From assembly GCA_002434045.1 (NCBI GenBank), contig DJJI01000003.1, positions 997-64,996 on the forward strand: a stretch of DNA of 64,000 bases. Direction: 5' to 3'. Below the pieces are notes generated by a model. That model had not been told where the DNA came from. It saw nothing but the letters and a program-made list of their open reading frames with translations, and ran no database searches. Made by a program: the position numbers and the translations under genes. Source of the stretch: Candidatus Saccharibacteria bacterium UBA6572. Its GTDB lineage: Bacteria > Patescibacteriota > Saccharimonadia > Saccharimonadales > Saccharimonadaceae. Below, piece by piece: positions 34,655 to 46,698 of the stretch (the stretch's first letter is position 1; each line of letters begins with the position of its first letter).

Positions 34655-34795
34655 GATATCATGGTTGGCGACCTATGGCGTGTCATCGAATACCCAAGGC
34701 TCGGCCACCAATCGCACCAAGCTGTTCCGGGCGATGTCGGTGCCGCACTGAAGATACTTATTGGTGCAGGCTACGACAAACATTTGCCTAAATAG
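34655..34795 (+). pseudogene. Out-of-frame C-terminal continuation of the DUF218/YdcF gene
   Basis: The reading frame of ORF 34562-34795 encodes ...DTVIDIMVGDLWRVIEYPRLGHQSHQAVPGDVGAALKIL, which looks like the usual YdcF C-terminal extension. It is offset by one nucleotide relative to 34161-34652. Confidence 0.4.
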
Positions 34796-34905
34796 GTCAT
34801 AATAGCTACGTTGTCTATAAGTCTACAGTAATATGTTAACAGATATAAACTATCAAAATTATCTAATCATTGAAAATATAACAATATAAATTTTTACCAC
34901 GAGCG

Positions 34906-34934
34906 TTGACAGCAAAGCATAAGCATGCTAGTGT
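34906..34934 (+). promoter_or_regulatory. Candidate strong promoter driving a ~370-nt leader or ncRNA
   Basis: TTGACA (34906-34911), a 17-nt spacer containing TGc, then TAGTGT (34929-34934), i.e. an extended -10. It sits in an AT-rich intergenic region. Confidence 0.4.
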
Positions 34935-35003
34935 ACGAGTAAGCTTTTTAAAACAAAAACGATACTAGTTTTATGAAGCTTTGCACCTTTCATTCATCTC
35001 ACC

Positions 35004-35084
35004 GTTTGGTGATGGCCTGGTAACACTTCGATAGTGTGTCCAAAACACAAAAGCGTTACCAACACATCACCAAACTATACGTCG
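35004..35084 (+). other. Long imperfect hairpin in the 34.8-35.3 kb intergenic region (structured RNA candidate)
   Basis: gtttggtgatg-gcc-tggtaac ... gttacca-aca-catcaccaaac, i.e. 11 + 7 bp arms. These enclose two small hairpins, acact-tcgat-agtgt and gtgt-ccaaa-acac. Confidence 0.4.
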
Positions 35085-35312
35085 AGCGTTGATCTGCTTG
35101 GGTTACCTTAAGCAAGAAGCTCCGTAGAGATATAAGCTCGGAGACCTCCTTACGGAAGTCAAAGAGCGGTCAGTCGCCTCGAGCGACAGACCGTCTGGAA
35201 CGCACGCGCCCTAATTAAACCAGTGGCGGATGTCGCATTCTCAGACATATAGGTTTGTCGCTCAGGCATTTTTTCTTCTTTTACAGTTCGTAGAGTGGGG
35301 TAGGATAAGAGT

Positions 35313-35714
35313 ATGAATAAGTCGCTAAAAGCCTTGGTGTACACCGCGTGGTTTTGGCTCCTTTTAATCCTCTTGTTCGTTATGAATCAGATCGATCCAG
35401 TGTCGGCTGGTCCGGGGGGTATATTGCTGGTATTTGTACTTGTTTACGCTATCGTTGCAAGTCTGCTGTTTACAGTGTTTCACTGGGGAGTTCGGGTCGT
35501 GAGTGATATTATCGTGCGCCGCGGGAGGAGGGTGACTGCTCGGTCATACAGAGTTGGGGTACGCAAAGCCTACTATATCGCGAGCGCTTTGGCGTTCGGC
35601 CCGGTTCTGCTGCTCGCTCTAAGTTCTGTGAGACAGCTTCGGTGGACCGACATTCTTCTGGTCGTTATCTTTTTAGCGCTCGCGATTTTCTACATCACTA
35701 AGCGTGAAAAATAG
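35313..35714 (+). CDS. Hypothetical polytopic membrane protein
   Basis: 133 aa with four predicted TM helices and a central Arg-rich loop (RRGRRVTARSYRVGVRK). Confidence 0.5.
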   Translation: MNKSLKALVYTAWFWLLLILLFVMNQIDPVSAGPGGILLVFVLVYAIVASLLFTVFHWGVRVVSDIIVRRGRRVTARSYRVGVRKAYYIASALAFGPVLLLALSSVRQLRWTDILLVVIFLALAIFYITKREK

Positions 35715-35764
35715 TCGATTCGCACCTCGCTGACGCGAGAATCCTTGTGCTATACTTACCTCAT

Positions 35765-36202
35765 ATGGAGCCTCAGTTACCGTCACCATCTCATTCACCA
35801 GAGAACGGTCCGGCTCACTTCCCGGGGGGTGAGGTTTTTTCTGGTGCGAACCAGCAAGAAAAAGCACCCCAGCAACCGGAAAAACAGGAGACCAAAGAAA
35901 CTCACGTCGGTGGACCGAGCGGTGATCCAGTCGCGGCTCAACCAGTAGCGCCGGCACTACCACCGCTTCCGACGATAACGCCGACGCCAAAGAGTACCCT
36001 GCCAGTCGTTGATGACACCAATCCAGCTTCGGCAGGTGACGATGATCTAATCGAGAAGGAATGGGTTGAAAAAGCTAAGAAAGTTGTTGCCGAAACAAAG
36101 CACGATCCATACCTCCAAGGACAAGAAGTCAGTAAATTGCAAGCAGATTACCTCAAGAAACGTTACGGCAAGACGGTTAATTTGCCGACGGATGGGGCAT
36201 AA
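35765..36202 (+). CDS. Hypothetical protein with a Pro-rich N-terminus and conserved-looking C-terminal helical domain
   Basis: ATG 35765 lies 8 nt after an extended -10-like box tgcTATACT and has no SD; the ORF track starts at GTG 35747. The C-terminus reads DDLIEKEWVEKAKKVVAETKHDPYLQGQEVSKLQADYLKKRYG. Confidence 0.5.
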   Translation: MEPQLPSPSHSPENGPAHFPGGEVFSGANQQEKAPQQPEKQETKETHVGGPSGDPVAAQPVAPALPPLPTITPTPKSTLPVVDDTNPASAGDDDLIEKEWVEKAKKVVAETKHDPYLQGQEVSKLQADYLKKRYGKTVNLPTDGA

Positions 36203-36211
36203 GGGGGCACC

Positions 36212-39124
36212 GTGCTCAACGTCGTCATCGTCATACTTGTCGTCCTGGTAGCGGCCGGTGGCATCGTCGGCTTCTTTTACTGGCAATACCAACGAGTTCT
36301 TCGTGAGGCAAAGAACTACGAGCGCGGCCTCAAGATGGTACCGCTTCTTATTCATATACCACCGGCGAGCGATGATATCGAAGCAGGCGGACGTGATGAA
36401 CGTGATATTACCGAGGAGACAATATCCCAGGCACAGGTGATGTACAACATCATTGCCAGCACGGTTACGAAAGGGTTCAAGAGCAAGCTGTATGGACAGC
36501 GGCACTTAGCCTTCGAAATCATCGGTAGTAAAGGGCTGATCCATTACTACGTTGTTGTACCGATGGCACTTCTCGATGTCGTGAGGCAAGCGGTCGCGGC
36601 AGCGTACCCAGCAGCACGGCTGGAGGAGGTTGAAGAACACAACATCTTTAGTAAGGTCGGTAAGATCAGCGCAACTATTGGTGGTGAGCTGACCCTCAAG
36701 ACCAAGTATGCCTATCCGATTGCGACCTTCCAGGAGAGTAAACGTGATGCGATGCGTGCTATCCTTAACGCGCTTGCGGTCGCAGGGCGCGAAGACGGTG
36801 TCGGTATCCAGATGCTACTCCGGCCCGCTCCAGAGGGCTGGACAAAGAACGTTATGGGCGCTGCTGCGAAGATCCGCAAAGACAAGGGCGTCAAGACCGG
36901 TGTTGGCGGCGCACTCGCGCCAAAAGACCTCCTGGAGGCTCTCTGGAAGGCGCCAGAACAAAAGGAAGTAAAGCCAGAGGACAAGCAGCTAAGTAGTTTA
37001 GAGCAAGCCACAGTGGACGCTCTCGAGGACAAGACACGTCATCCAGGGTACGAAGTACTTATCAGAGTAGTGGCCAGCAGTAATACGTCTGCCCGTTCAC
37101 AGGTGCTGCTCAAGAACGTCGTAGCAGCTTTTGCATTGTTCGATAGCCCTGGTAAAAATGGATTTAAGTTCTCACTTGCTAAGGATATCGAGTCATTCGT
37201 GACGTCGTTCATCTTCCGATTTTTCCCTCAGGACATCAAGCAGAATATCCTCAACAGCGTTGAGCTCGCAACCATATTTCACCTTCCAGACCAGCGGAAT
37301 ATTCCGACGTCACAATTACAACGTCAAGCAAGCAAGCAAGTTGATGGTCCGCACCAGTTACTCACAGAAGGCTTCCTGATGGGTTACAACGTTTACAGGG
37401 GTGTCAAGAAAGAAATCCGTCTTAGTACTAACGATCGTCGCCGTCATACTTACATCATTGGTCAGACTGGTACCGGTAAGTCGAAACTGCTTGAGAACCT
37501 AGCATTGCAGGATATGCTCGACGGGAAAGGCTTTGCATTCATCGATCCACATGGTGACTCTGCCGAGGCACTGCTCGGCATGGTGCCTAAGGAGCGGGTT
37601 GAGGATGTCATCTACTTTAACCCTGGCGACATGGATAACCCGCTTGGTCTTAATCTGTTCGAGTTCGAGACGCCTGATCAACGTGACTTCCTCGTGCAGG
37701 AGGCAATCGCGATGTTGTATCGCCTGTATGACCCCGGTCACACAGGCATTATAGGTCCTCGCTACGAACACTGGTTCCGAAATGCCGCACTGACCATCAT
37801 GAGCGACCCAGCTGGGAGCAGTTTCATCGACATCCCGCAGGTATTTAACGACGATGCGTTTGCGAAGGAGAAGATAAAGCATGTCACCGACCAGACCGTA
37901 CTCGACTTCTGGAACAAAGAGATGGCACAAACTAGTGATTATCATAAATCGGAGGTGCTCGGCTGGTTCGTGAGCAAGTTCGGCGCCTTCCTGAGTAATG
38001 AGATGATGCGGAACATCATCGGTCAGACCAAGAGCGGCTTTGACCTGCGTGACATCATGGATAACAAAAAGATCTTGCTCGTGAACCTTAGTAAAGGCCG
38101 CACCGGTGAACTCAACTCGCAGCTGCTCGGTATGATTTTTGTCATGAAGTTCCAAGCAGCCGCAATGGGGCGGGCTGACATCCCAGAGGAGCAGCGAGAA
38201 GATTTCGCGCTCTACGTCGACGAGTTCCAGAACTTTGCAACCGATAGTTTCGAGAGTATCTTGTCCGAGGCTCGTAAGTATCGTCTCAACCTCATCCTTG
38301 CGAACCAGTTCGTTTCCCAGTTGACCGACAAAATACGTGAAGCCATCATCGGTAACGTTGGTACGGTGATTTCGGGTCGTATCGGTACGACGGATGCAGA
38401 GTTGATGGCAAAAAAGTTCGTGCCGGTATTTGACGCTGAAGATCTCACGAAGCTACCAAACTACGAAGGTGTTGCGGTCATGCAGATCAGTGGTGTCCCA
38501 TCAGCGCCGTTCAGCATGATCTTCCCACCGATTCTGGGTCATCCGAACCCTCAGCTTGCAGGAGCACTCAAGAAGCTCTCAGCGGCAAAATACGGCAAGC
38601 CGCGTTCAGATGTCGAGCGTGAAATATTCGCGCGCCTGAGGGCCGGAGATGCGGCCAAGGAAGCAAAGAAGAAGGCATTCGAAGAGCGTATGAAGAGCGG
38701 TGGTCAGCAACAAGGTAGTGGTTCTGGTTCATCGTTCCTCGATGAATGGCTCGCCAAGCGTAAACAGATACAAGCAACAAAGTCACCAACCTCAAAACCA
38801 GCACCAGCGCCTAAGCCAGCTGAGCCAGAGCCAAAGTCAGAAGCGCCGACGTCGGAACCAATACAGGTATCATTACCGCCAAAACCTACTAAGCCTGAGG
38901 CGGTTTCAAAGCCCGCTCCAGAAAAACTAAAGGCAACTATCTCTGCACCAGCGCTTGCCACGGAACAAGAACCAGAGAAGCCCAAAGAAGAACTTGTCGT
39001 GCGTGAGCAGGAAACTGACGCGATGGATGACGAAATATTCATCGATCTACGAGGCAATCTTCACCACAAGAGCGACCAGGATACAACTGCATCCGACGAA
39101 CCAAAAAAACCGGCCGCTTCCTAG
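36212..39124 (+). CDS. VirD4/TraG/TraD-like type IV coupling-protein family ATPase with N-terminal TM and low-complexity C-terminal tail
   Basis: N-terminal TM (VVIVILVVLVAAGGIVGFFYW), Walker A GQTGTGKS, FIDPHGD, Walker B ALYVDEFQNFAT and KYRLNLILANQ, matching the TraG-D_C/TraM-recognition-type ATPase pattern. The last ~170 aa form a Pro/Lys/Glu/Ala-rich tail. Confidence 0.75.
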   Translation: MLNVVIVILVVLVAAGGIVGFFYWQYQRVLREAKNYERGLKMVPLLIHIPPASDDIEAGGRDERDITEETISQAQVMYNIIASTVTKGFKSKLYGQRHLAFEIIGSKGLIHYYVVVPMALLDVVRQAVAAAYPAARLEEVEEHNIFSKVGKISATIGGELTLKTKYAYPIATFQESKRDAMRAILNALAVAGREDGVGIQMLLRPAPEGWTKNVMGAAAKIRKDKGVKTGVGGALAPKDLLEALWKAPEQKEVKPEDKQLSSLEQATVDALEDKTRHPGYEVLIRVVASSNTSARSQVLLKNVVAAFALFDSPGKNGFKFSLAKDIESFVTSFIFRFFPQDIKQNILNSVELATIFHLPDQRNIPTSQLQRQASKQVDGPHQLLTEGFLMGYNVYRGVKKEIRLSTNDRRRHTYIIGQTGTGKSKLLENLALQDMLDGKGFAFIDPHGDSAEALLGMVPKERVEDVIYFNPGDMDNPLGLNLFEFETPDQRDFLVQEAIAMLYRLYDPGHTGIIGPRYEHWFRNAALTIMSDPAGSSFIDIPQVFNDDAFAKEKIKHVTDQTVLDFWNKEMAQTSDYHKSEVLGWFVSKFGAFLSNEMMRNIIGQTKSGFDLRDIMDNKKILLVNLSKGRTGELNSQLLGMIFVMKFQAAAMGRADIPEEQREDFALYVDEFQNFATDSFESILSEARKYRLNLILANQFVSQLTDKIREAIIGNVGTVISGRIGTTDAELMAKKFVPVFDAEDLTKLPNYEGVAVMQISGVPSAPFSMIFPPILGHPNPQLAGALKKLSAAKYGKPRSDVEREIFARLRAGDAAKEAKKKAFEERMKSGGQQQGSGSGSSFLDEWLAKRKQIQATKSPTSKPAPAPKPAEPEPKSEAPTSEPIQVSLPPKPTKPEAVSKPAPEKLKATISAPALATEQEPEKPKEELVVREQETDAMDDEIFIDLRGNLHHKSDQDTTASDEPKKPAAS

Positions 39125-39149
39125 CCGGTTTCATAAACTTACGCTGCTG

Positions 39150-39722
39150 CTAACGCTTTGTTGGTAGCATCAATCGAGCATAGTCATAAATAAGACCGAG
39201 TGCCCATCCAAGCAGGAACGTCGCGATGGTTTCGAAACCAGATAACCTATAGCCATATTGTTTTGCTATCAAGAATACGGTGAGCGTCAGGAAAGTCGCT
39301 GCCATACTGCCAGCAAGCACAGCGTTTGGCCGGGCAGCACTGGAGCCGATGGCGTCACTTAATTTCTCGACCGTTGGATTGTGGATGACTTTACTAAAAG
39401 TACGTGAGGAACGGTTCATTTCGGACTGAATCTGGCGCATCGTCGCAGCGTAGCTGTCAGCTCGCTGTTTCTTCGTCGCGTGGGGCAGGGATGGTGCGCG
39501 GTCGCTGCTGGCACGCCGTTTTTCGGCACCCCCTGACTCACGACCCATGAGCGCCTCTTTGGTTTCTGTGCGTGCTTCAGCGACTCGCTCAGCTTTTTCT
39601 TCGGGCGAGGTCTCAACCGATCGCTCAGCGCTTTTCAGCAACTCATTTGAGCGCTCAGCGGCGGCGTTCTGACTTTCGATACCGCGTTCAGCGCTGTTTG
39701 GTAAGTGTTCAGGATTTACCAT
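39150..39722 (-). CDS. Hypothetical membrane protein (charged N-terminal region with SAER/AAER repeats, two C-terminal TMs)
   Basis: 190-aa ORF. Four (S/A)AER-type motifs lie in the first 50 aa, and the C-terminus is hydrophobic (AVLAGSMAATFLTLTVFLIA; IATFLLGWALGLIY). Confidence 0.5.
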   Translation of the reverse strand: MVNPEHLPNSAERGIESQNAAAERSNELLKSAERSVETSPEEKAERVAEARTETKEALMGRESGGAEKRRASSDRAPSLPHATKKQRADSYAATMRQIQSEMNRSSRTFSKVIHNPTVEKLSDAIGSSAARPNAVLAGSMAATFLTLTVFLIAKQYGYRLSGFETIATFLLGWALGLIYDYARLMLPTKR

Positions 39723-39731
39723 ACTCGTTCC

Positions 39732-42035
39732 TTAGATTGTCCCCATGTTGAAGTCTTTACGAATCAATTTTACCTCACGCTTTAGTTGGCGAGAACGAGC
39801 CCAGAAGAAGGTGACGATCGTGCCGATTACACCAGCGAACAGGAGGTTTTCACCCGGACCGGTTTTTGGCAGCTCAGACACTGCTGATTCCACCAGTTTC
39901 GGTGTCTCGCACGCTACAGGTATATTAACGGTGTTACCAAACGAGTTAGTCATGATGCAGTCGTAGCTGCTTGGTTCCGATGCACCACGTGCTGTTGTCG
40001 GGATGGTATGGAGTAACTGGATAACAAAGCTGCGGCTCGTCTTCTCACCAGGTTGAAGCGTGATGTCGCCCCAAGCGAGCACTTTGTTAGCCTCATCGAA
40101 GGTTCCACCACCATTTTGGATCAGCTTAGCGTATTCGAGGACGTCACTCAACTCCTCTGACACCGTACGTGTCATCGGTAATTGACCAACGTTCTCAAGG
40201 TAAACAGTGTATTCGATACGGTCACTCGCTTGCGCCTTCATGGTTGTGGCGTCAACGCCCTGCGTGAGGTTGCGGCCAGTCTTTGACTCGGTTACCTGGA
40301 TACATGCAGGGTTGTTGTTCTCGCATGGGTTTTTACAGTCATCGAGGTTCTTCGAGTGTTTTGAAGCATCAAACTCAGTTTCCTTGATGGAGATAATAGT
40401 CTTTGAGGCCAGCTCACAAACCTGTATCACTGCGACGGGTGGGTTAACTGTGACCGTTGCGTCATCGCAGTCATCGGTCTGAGTTGGCTGAGATGGGCTC
40501 ACTTCGGCTGCGTTGACGCAAGCCGTGTTCACGAGCGAGCCTGCAATATATTTCGCCACCTTTGCGGTGATGGTGATAGTCAGACTTTCACCCATCTTAA
40601 GCGTTGGGATCGTATATGACCATTTATTGTTCTTGATATTGCCAACGCTTGCGCTCTGCATTGTGACACCATTTGGCGCAGGATCCGTAACCGCGACGTT
40701 CTTGAGGTTAACTTCCCCAGTATTCGTAACGGTTAACTGGTAGGTGAAAGGGGCGTTGACTTCGACAGCTTTGAGATCAACACCATCTACCTTCTTATCT
40801 ATATCAACAGCTGGTGTTGTCGGGGCATTGACTTTGAATGAGGCGACACAGTTTTCATTTGTCTTATCTCCCTCAGAGGTCTTAACCGTAACCCGAGCGG
40901 TATAAGTGCCTGGTTCGCTGATATTAAGGCGACCACTACTTGCCTTTAGCGACGTCGTAGAGACGTCTTTGGTCAGTACGACAGATTTACCTGAGTCAAT
41001 TACAGTGAAACGATAACTCTTTATCTTGGCACCATTTTCAGCTAGAGCCTTACCCTCGAGGCTAAAGTCAGTGCGACTGATGCGGTTAAAGATTAATTGC
41101 TCGCACTTTGCGACCGGTTCAGGCTTGATGCAGCCGCCTGGAATTGTAGCTGTTTTGTCGAACTGGACAGTCGAATCACCCCAACCAGCGAGTGGCACCA
41201 TGACTCCCCACACTTTGGTCGACTCCTCAGATTTTTTATATTTTTCAGGAACCTTAACACTGAATTTATTTTCCTTGTCGGTCATGATCGGACCAACTTT
41301 CTCACCTTTTCCTGGAGGACCGTCAAAGTATAGGAAAACCTTGATACGTGCGTCTTTATCGCGGCTATCAACCGCCTTACCACGCACCATTTCACAGCTG
41401 GCGGCGATGAAGTGGGCACCAACATCAGGCTTTGGCGTGTTGCGAGTAACCAGGTTGCCACAGTCTTTCATGATGGCGAACATACCGCGTTTTGCGGAGT
41501 GACCAACGAAAGCTCCGTAGGTCGACCCGTTGGCAATCGTATAAGAGGTGCTGTCAAATAACCAAAGAGGACGAGAGTAGATAGTTGTGGCGCCACCGGT
41601 ATCAAGTGGCACTGAATGCTTCACTTCACCTTGGCCAGGGCTGAATCGCTTAGCTCGTCCCCAAGTCTTCCAAGCGTCATTGTCGGTGCCGTGCCCCTTG
41701 CTATTGATCGTTCCTTCACGCATATTTGCGAGCTCGGCACGGGTAATACCGTTGTAATCCATGATGTCTTTGAAATCGCTACGAAGTTTGTCATATTCAG
41801 CCAGGACGGCTTTCTTTGATTGCACACCACCGTAGATCATGTCCGAGCCGTTTGCCGCGTTTGCAGATTCAGGGGGGGTGAACACTGTCAATGACTGCAC
41901 AACAAGTGCTAGTGCAGTAAATACCAGCCCAAGCCGTCGGGTTGCCTCCTCTTTCTTTAGGCGCTTTGCATAAAAACCAAGTTGGCCCACCAAAGCCGGG
42001 GAAAAAGCGAGATTCGATACAATCTTGCGAAACAT
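39732..42035 (-). CDS. LPXTG-anchored surface protein with DUF11-type repeat domains
   Basis: C-terminal sorting signal LPKTGPGENLLFAGVIGTIVTFFWARSRQLKRE. Ig-like repeats of DUF11 type (TYQLTVTNTGEVNLKNVAVTDPAP; EYTVYLENVGQLPM) are present, along with an N-terminal TM/signal anchor. The start is taken at MFRKIV (42035). Confidence 0.8.
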   Translation of the reverse strand: MFRKIVSNLAFSPALVGQLGFYAKRLKKEEATRRLGLVFTALALVVQSLTVFTPPESANAANGSDMIYGGVQSKKAVLAEYDKLRSDFKDIMDYNGITRAELANMREGTINSKGHGTDNDAWKTWGRAKRFSPGQGEVKHSVPLDTGGATTIYSRPLWLFDSTSYTIANGSTYGAFVGHSAKRGMFAIMKDCGNLVTRNTPKPDVGAHFIAASCEMVRGKAVDSRDKDARIKVFLYFDGPPGKGEKVGPIMTDKENKFSVKVPEKYKKSEESTKVWGVMVPLAGWGDSTVQFDKTATIPGGCIKPEPVAKCEQLIFNRISRTDFSLEGKALAENGAKIKSYRFTVIDSGKSVVLTKDVSTTSLKASSGRLNISEPGTYTARVTVKTSEGDKTNENCVASFKVNAPTTPAVDIDKKVDGVDLKAVEVNAPFTYQLTVTNTGEVNLKNVAVTDPAPNGVTMQSASVGNIKNNKWSYTIPTLKMGESLTITITAKVAKYIAGSLVNTACVNAAEVSPSQPTQTDDCDDATVTVNPPVAVIQVCELASKTIISIKETEFDASKHSKNLDDCKNPCENNNPACIQVTESKTGRNLTQGVDATTMKAQASDRIEYTVYLENVGQLPMTRTVSEELSDVLEYAKLIQNGGGTFDEANKVLAWGDITLQPGEKTSRSFVIQLLHTIPTTARGASEPSSYDCIMTNSFGNTVNIPVACETPKLVESAVSELPKTGPGENLLFAGVIGTIVTFFWARSRQLKREVKLIRKDFNMGTI

Positions 42036-42117
42036 TTTTCCTGTTTGTTTTATTTTTGTCTCCTTAAGAGAAACATTAGCATAATAAATATGTTCAATGC
42101 AATAGATTTCCAGTTGG

Positions 42118-42146
42118 TTGCCTGAGTACAATTTGCCAGGTATAAT
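42118..42146 (+). promoter_or_regulatory. Candidate gyrB promoter
   Basis: TTGCCT, a 17-nt spacer, then TATAAT (42141-42146), located 35 nt upstream of the gyrB ATG. Confidence 0.45.
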
Positions 42147-42174
42147 GTGAGTATTGTAAATAGCGTGTAAGTGA

Positions 42175-44157
<1,983 letters not shown>

Positions 44158-44160
44158 ATT

Positions 44161-46695
44161 ATGGACGATGAAACAACCACACCACTTGAGGGCGAAGTTT
44201 TGCCACAGACTCACTCAAAGACACTTGAGCTAAGAACTGTCGAGAACATTATGGAAGATAGCTTCCTGAAATATTCGATGTCAGTTATTGTTGAACGCGC
44301 CCTTCCTGACGTACGAGACGGTCTGAAGCCGGTTCATCGCCGCATCCTGTACTCTATGAACCAAAACGGCAACCGTAGTAACGCGAAGTTTGTGAAGTCG
44401 GCACGTATCATCGGTGACGTCATGGGTAAGTATCACCCGCACGGTGACACAGCGATTTATGACTCAATGGTGCGACTCGCTCAAGAGTGGAGCATGCGCT
44501 ACATGTTGGTGCAAGGTCAGGGAAACTTCGGTTCTATGGATGGTGATCCACCAGCTGCACACCGATATACCGAAGCTCGCATGAACAAGCATGCCGAAGA
44601 GCTTCTCGTCGATATCGACAAAGAAACTGTCGATTTTCGCGATAACTTCGATGGCTCTGAGCAGGAACCTATCGTGTTGCCTGCTAAGTTACCGAACCTT
44701 CTTCTGAACGGTCAGATTGGTATTGCAGTTGGTATGGCAACAAACATTCCACCACATAATCTATCCGAACTGGTCGACGCTACCATCGAAATGATCGACA
44801 AGGGCGAAGATGTTACGCTTGACGACCTTCTGAAGCATGTGAAGGGGCCAGATTTCCCAACCGGCGGTGTTGTGTACGGCGGGGTACCTATGCGACAAGC
44901 ATACGCAACCGGACGAGGTAGTGTTGTTATCCGTGCAGTTGCTGACATCGAAGAGTCCAAGAAAGGTCGTCACCAGATTGTCGTAACAGAGATGCCTTAC
45001 GCCGTAAATAAAGCAACGTTAATTGAACGAATAGCTGATCTTGTCAAAGAGAAGAAGCTTACGTCGATTTCTGACCTCCGTGACGAATCAGCCCGAGGCA
45101 AAGTTCGGGTCGTCATCGAGCTTAAGAAAGACGCTTACCCGAAGAAGGTACTCAACCAGCTCTATAAGATGACCTCTCTTCAGACAAGCCTCCACTATAA
45201 TATGCTCGCGCTTGTCGACGGTCTTCAGCCGAGAGTACTTGGCTTACAGGACATCTTGAGTGAGTACGTTAAGCATCGACAAACCGTTGTTAGACGCCGT
45301 ACTGAATTCGAGCTACGCAAAGCTCAGGAACGAGCTCATATCCTCGAGGGGTACAAGATTGCGCTTGATAATATCGATGAAGTCATACGTATTATTCGTG
45401 CCAGCAAAACAAGTGATGAGGCCGAGAAGAATCTCGTCAAATCATTCAAGCTGAGCGAGATTCAAGCCAAAGCTATTCTAGCTATGCAGCTCCGCCGGCT
45501 TACAGGCCTCGAACGACAGGCGATTGAGGACGAGCTCAAAGAACTTCTTGCGCTCATTGCGAAGCTTGAAGGTATCCTTTCAAGTGAACTTGAGATACTC
45601 AAGATTATCAAAACCGAGCTTCTCGAGATGAAAGAGAAGTATGGTGATGAACGACGAAGCCAAATCATGAACCATGAGCTAGGCAAGATCAGTGAAGAGG
45701 AAATGATCGCTGATGAAAATGTAGTAGTTCTTTTGACAACAGAAAACTACGTTAAACGTACCTTAGCCACTGATTACCGTCGTCAGCATCGCGGCGGTAA
45801 GGGTAAGCGAGGCATGACGACTAAGGAAATGGACGTCATTGACCAGCTCGTTACCTGTTCGACCCATGACTGGCTGCTGTTCTTTACTAACCGGGGCCGC
45901 GTCTTCCGCCTCAAGGCCTATGAAGTACCGGCTGCTAGCCTCCAGGCTAAAGGTGTTGCGGTTGTGAATCTACTCCAACTCCAGCCTGAAGAGAAAATCA
46001 CCTCGATGATTAAGATCGGCAAGGAAGAAAGTGACGAAGGTTACCTCTTTATGAGTACTACGCACGGTACCGTCAAAAAGACACCGCTCAAGGATTATGC
46101 TAATATTCGTCAAACAGGTCTGATCGCTATCAAGCTTGATGATGGCGATGAGCTGCGCTGGATCCGTAGAAGTTCAGGTGACGATGAGATTATCATCAGC
46201 ACCAATTTCGGTCAGGCTATCCGTTTCAAAGAGTCTGATGCTCGTCCGATGGGTCGTGCGGCCCGTGGTGTTCGCGGTATCCGCCTTCGTCCTGGAGACA
46301 GCGTTGTTGGTATGGATCTCGCCAATGAAGACCGTAAACTACTTGTCATGAGCGAGAATGGCTACGGTAAGTTGACTAAGGTTGAGCACTTCGCAACGCA
46401 CAAGCGCGGCGGCGTCGGCATAAAGGCGGGTGTAGTTAACAAAAAGACCGGTAATATCGTGACGGTAACGTCACTTGATCCAGCATCGTCAGAGGTGTTG
46501 ATGATTTCGGTCAAGGGTCAAACGATTCGCGTTTCACTTGAGGACATACCGACACTTGGTCGCACGACACAGGGCGTGCGTGTGATGCGTCTTAATGATG
46601 ATGATAGCGTGACTTCGATCGGCTTCATCCCCGAGCAGCAGCGAGAACTCGTTGGTGATGCAGATGAAGCAGAAGCTAACAGAGCAGAGGATTAG
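44161..46695 (+). CDS. gyrA: DNA gyrase subunit A
   Basis: [19 protein letters not shown], the active-site region [10 protein letters not shown], the QRDR context [10 protein letters not shown], and a C-terminal beta-pinwheel. Confidence 0.97.
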   Translation: MDDETTTPLEGEVLPQTHSKTLELRTVENIMEDSFLKYSMSVIVERALPDVRDGLKPVHRRILYSMNQNGNRSNAKFVKSARIIGDVMGKYHPHGDTAIYDSMVRLAQEWSMRYMLVQGQGNFGSMDGDPPAAHRYTEARMNKHAEELLVDIDKETVDFRDNFDGSEQEPIVLPAKLPNLLLNGQIGIAVGMATNIPPHNLSELVDATIEMIDKGEDVTLDDLLKHVKGPDFPTGGVVYGGVPMRQAYATGRGSVVIRAVADIEESKKGRHQIVVTEMPYAVNKATLIERIADLVKEKKLTSISDLRDESARGKVRVVIELKKDAYPKKVLNQLYKMTSLQTSLHYNMLALVDGLQPRVLGLQDILSEYVKHRQTVVRRRTEFELRKAQERAHILEGYKIALDNIDEVIRIIRASKTSDEAEKNLVKSFKLSEIQAKAILAMQLRRLTGLERQAIEDELKELLALIAKLEGILSSELEILKIIKTELLEMKEKYGDERRSQIMNHELGKISEEEMIADENVVVLLTTENYVKRTLATDYRRQHRGGKGKRGMTTKEMDVIDQLVTCSTHDWLLFFTNRGRVFRLKAYEVPAASLQAKGVAVVNLLQLQPEEKITSMIKIGKEESDEGYLFMSTTHGTVKKTPLKDYANIRQTGLIAIKLDDGDELRWIRRSSGDDEIIISTNFGQAIRFKESDARPMGRAARGVRGIRLRPGDSVVGMDLANEDRKLLVMSENGYGKLTKVEHFATHKRGGVGIKAGVVNKKTGNIVTVTSLDPASSEVLMISVKGQTIRVSLEDIPTLGRTTQGVRVMRLNDDDSVTSIGFIPEQQRELVGDADEAEANRAED

Positions 46696-46698
46696 GAC

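Noticed and set aside
35100-35230. SRP RNA, 6S RNA or fluoride riboswitch identity for the 35.0-35.3 kb structured region
   Set aside because: The hairpins do not reproduce the conserved SRP domain IV, 6S bubble or crcB-motif sequences. The downstream 133-aa membrane protein lacks CrcB motifs. The region is kept only as an unassigned structured element.
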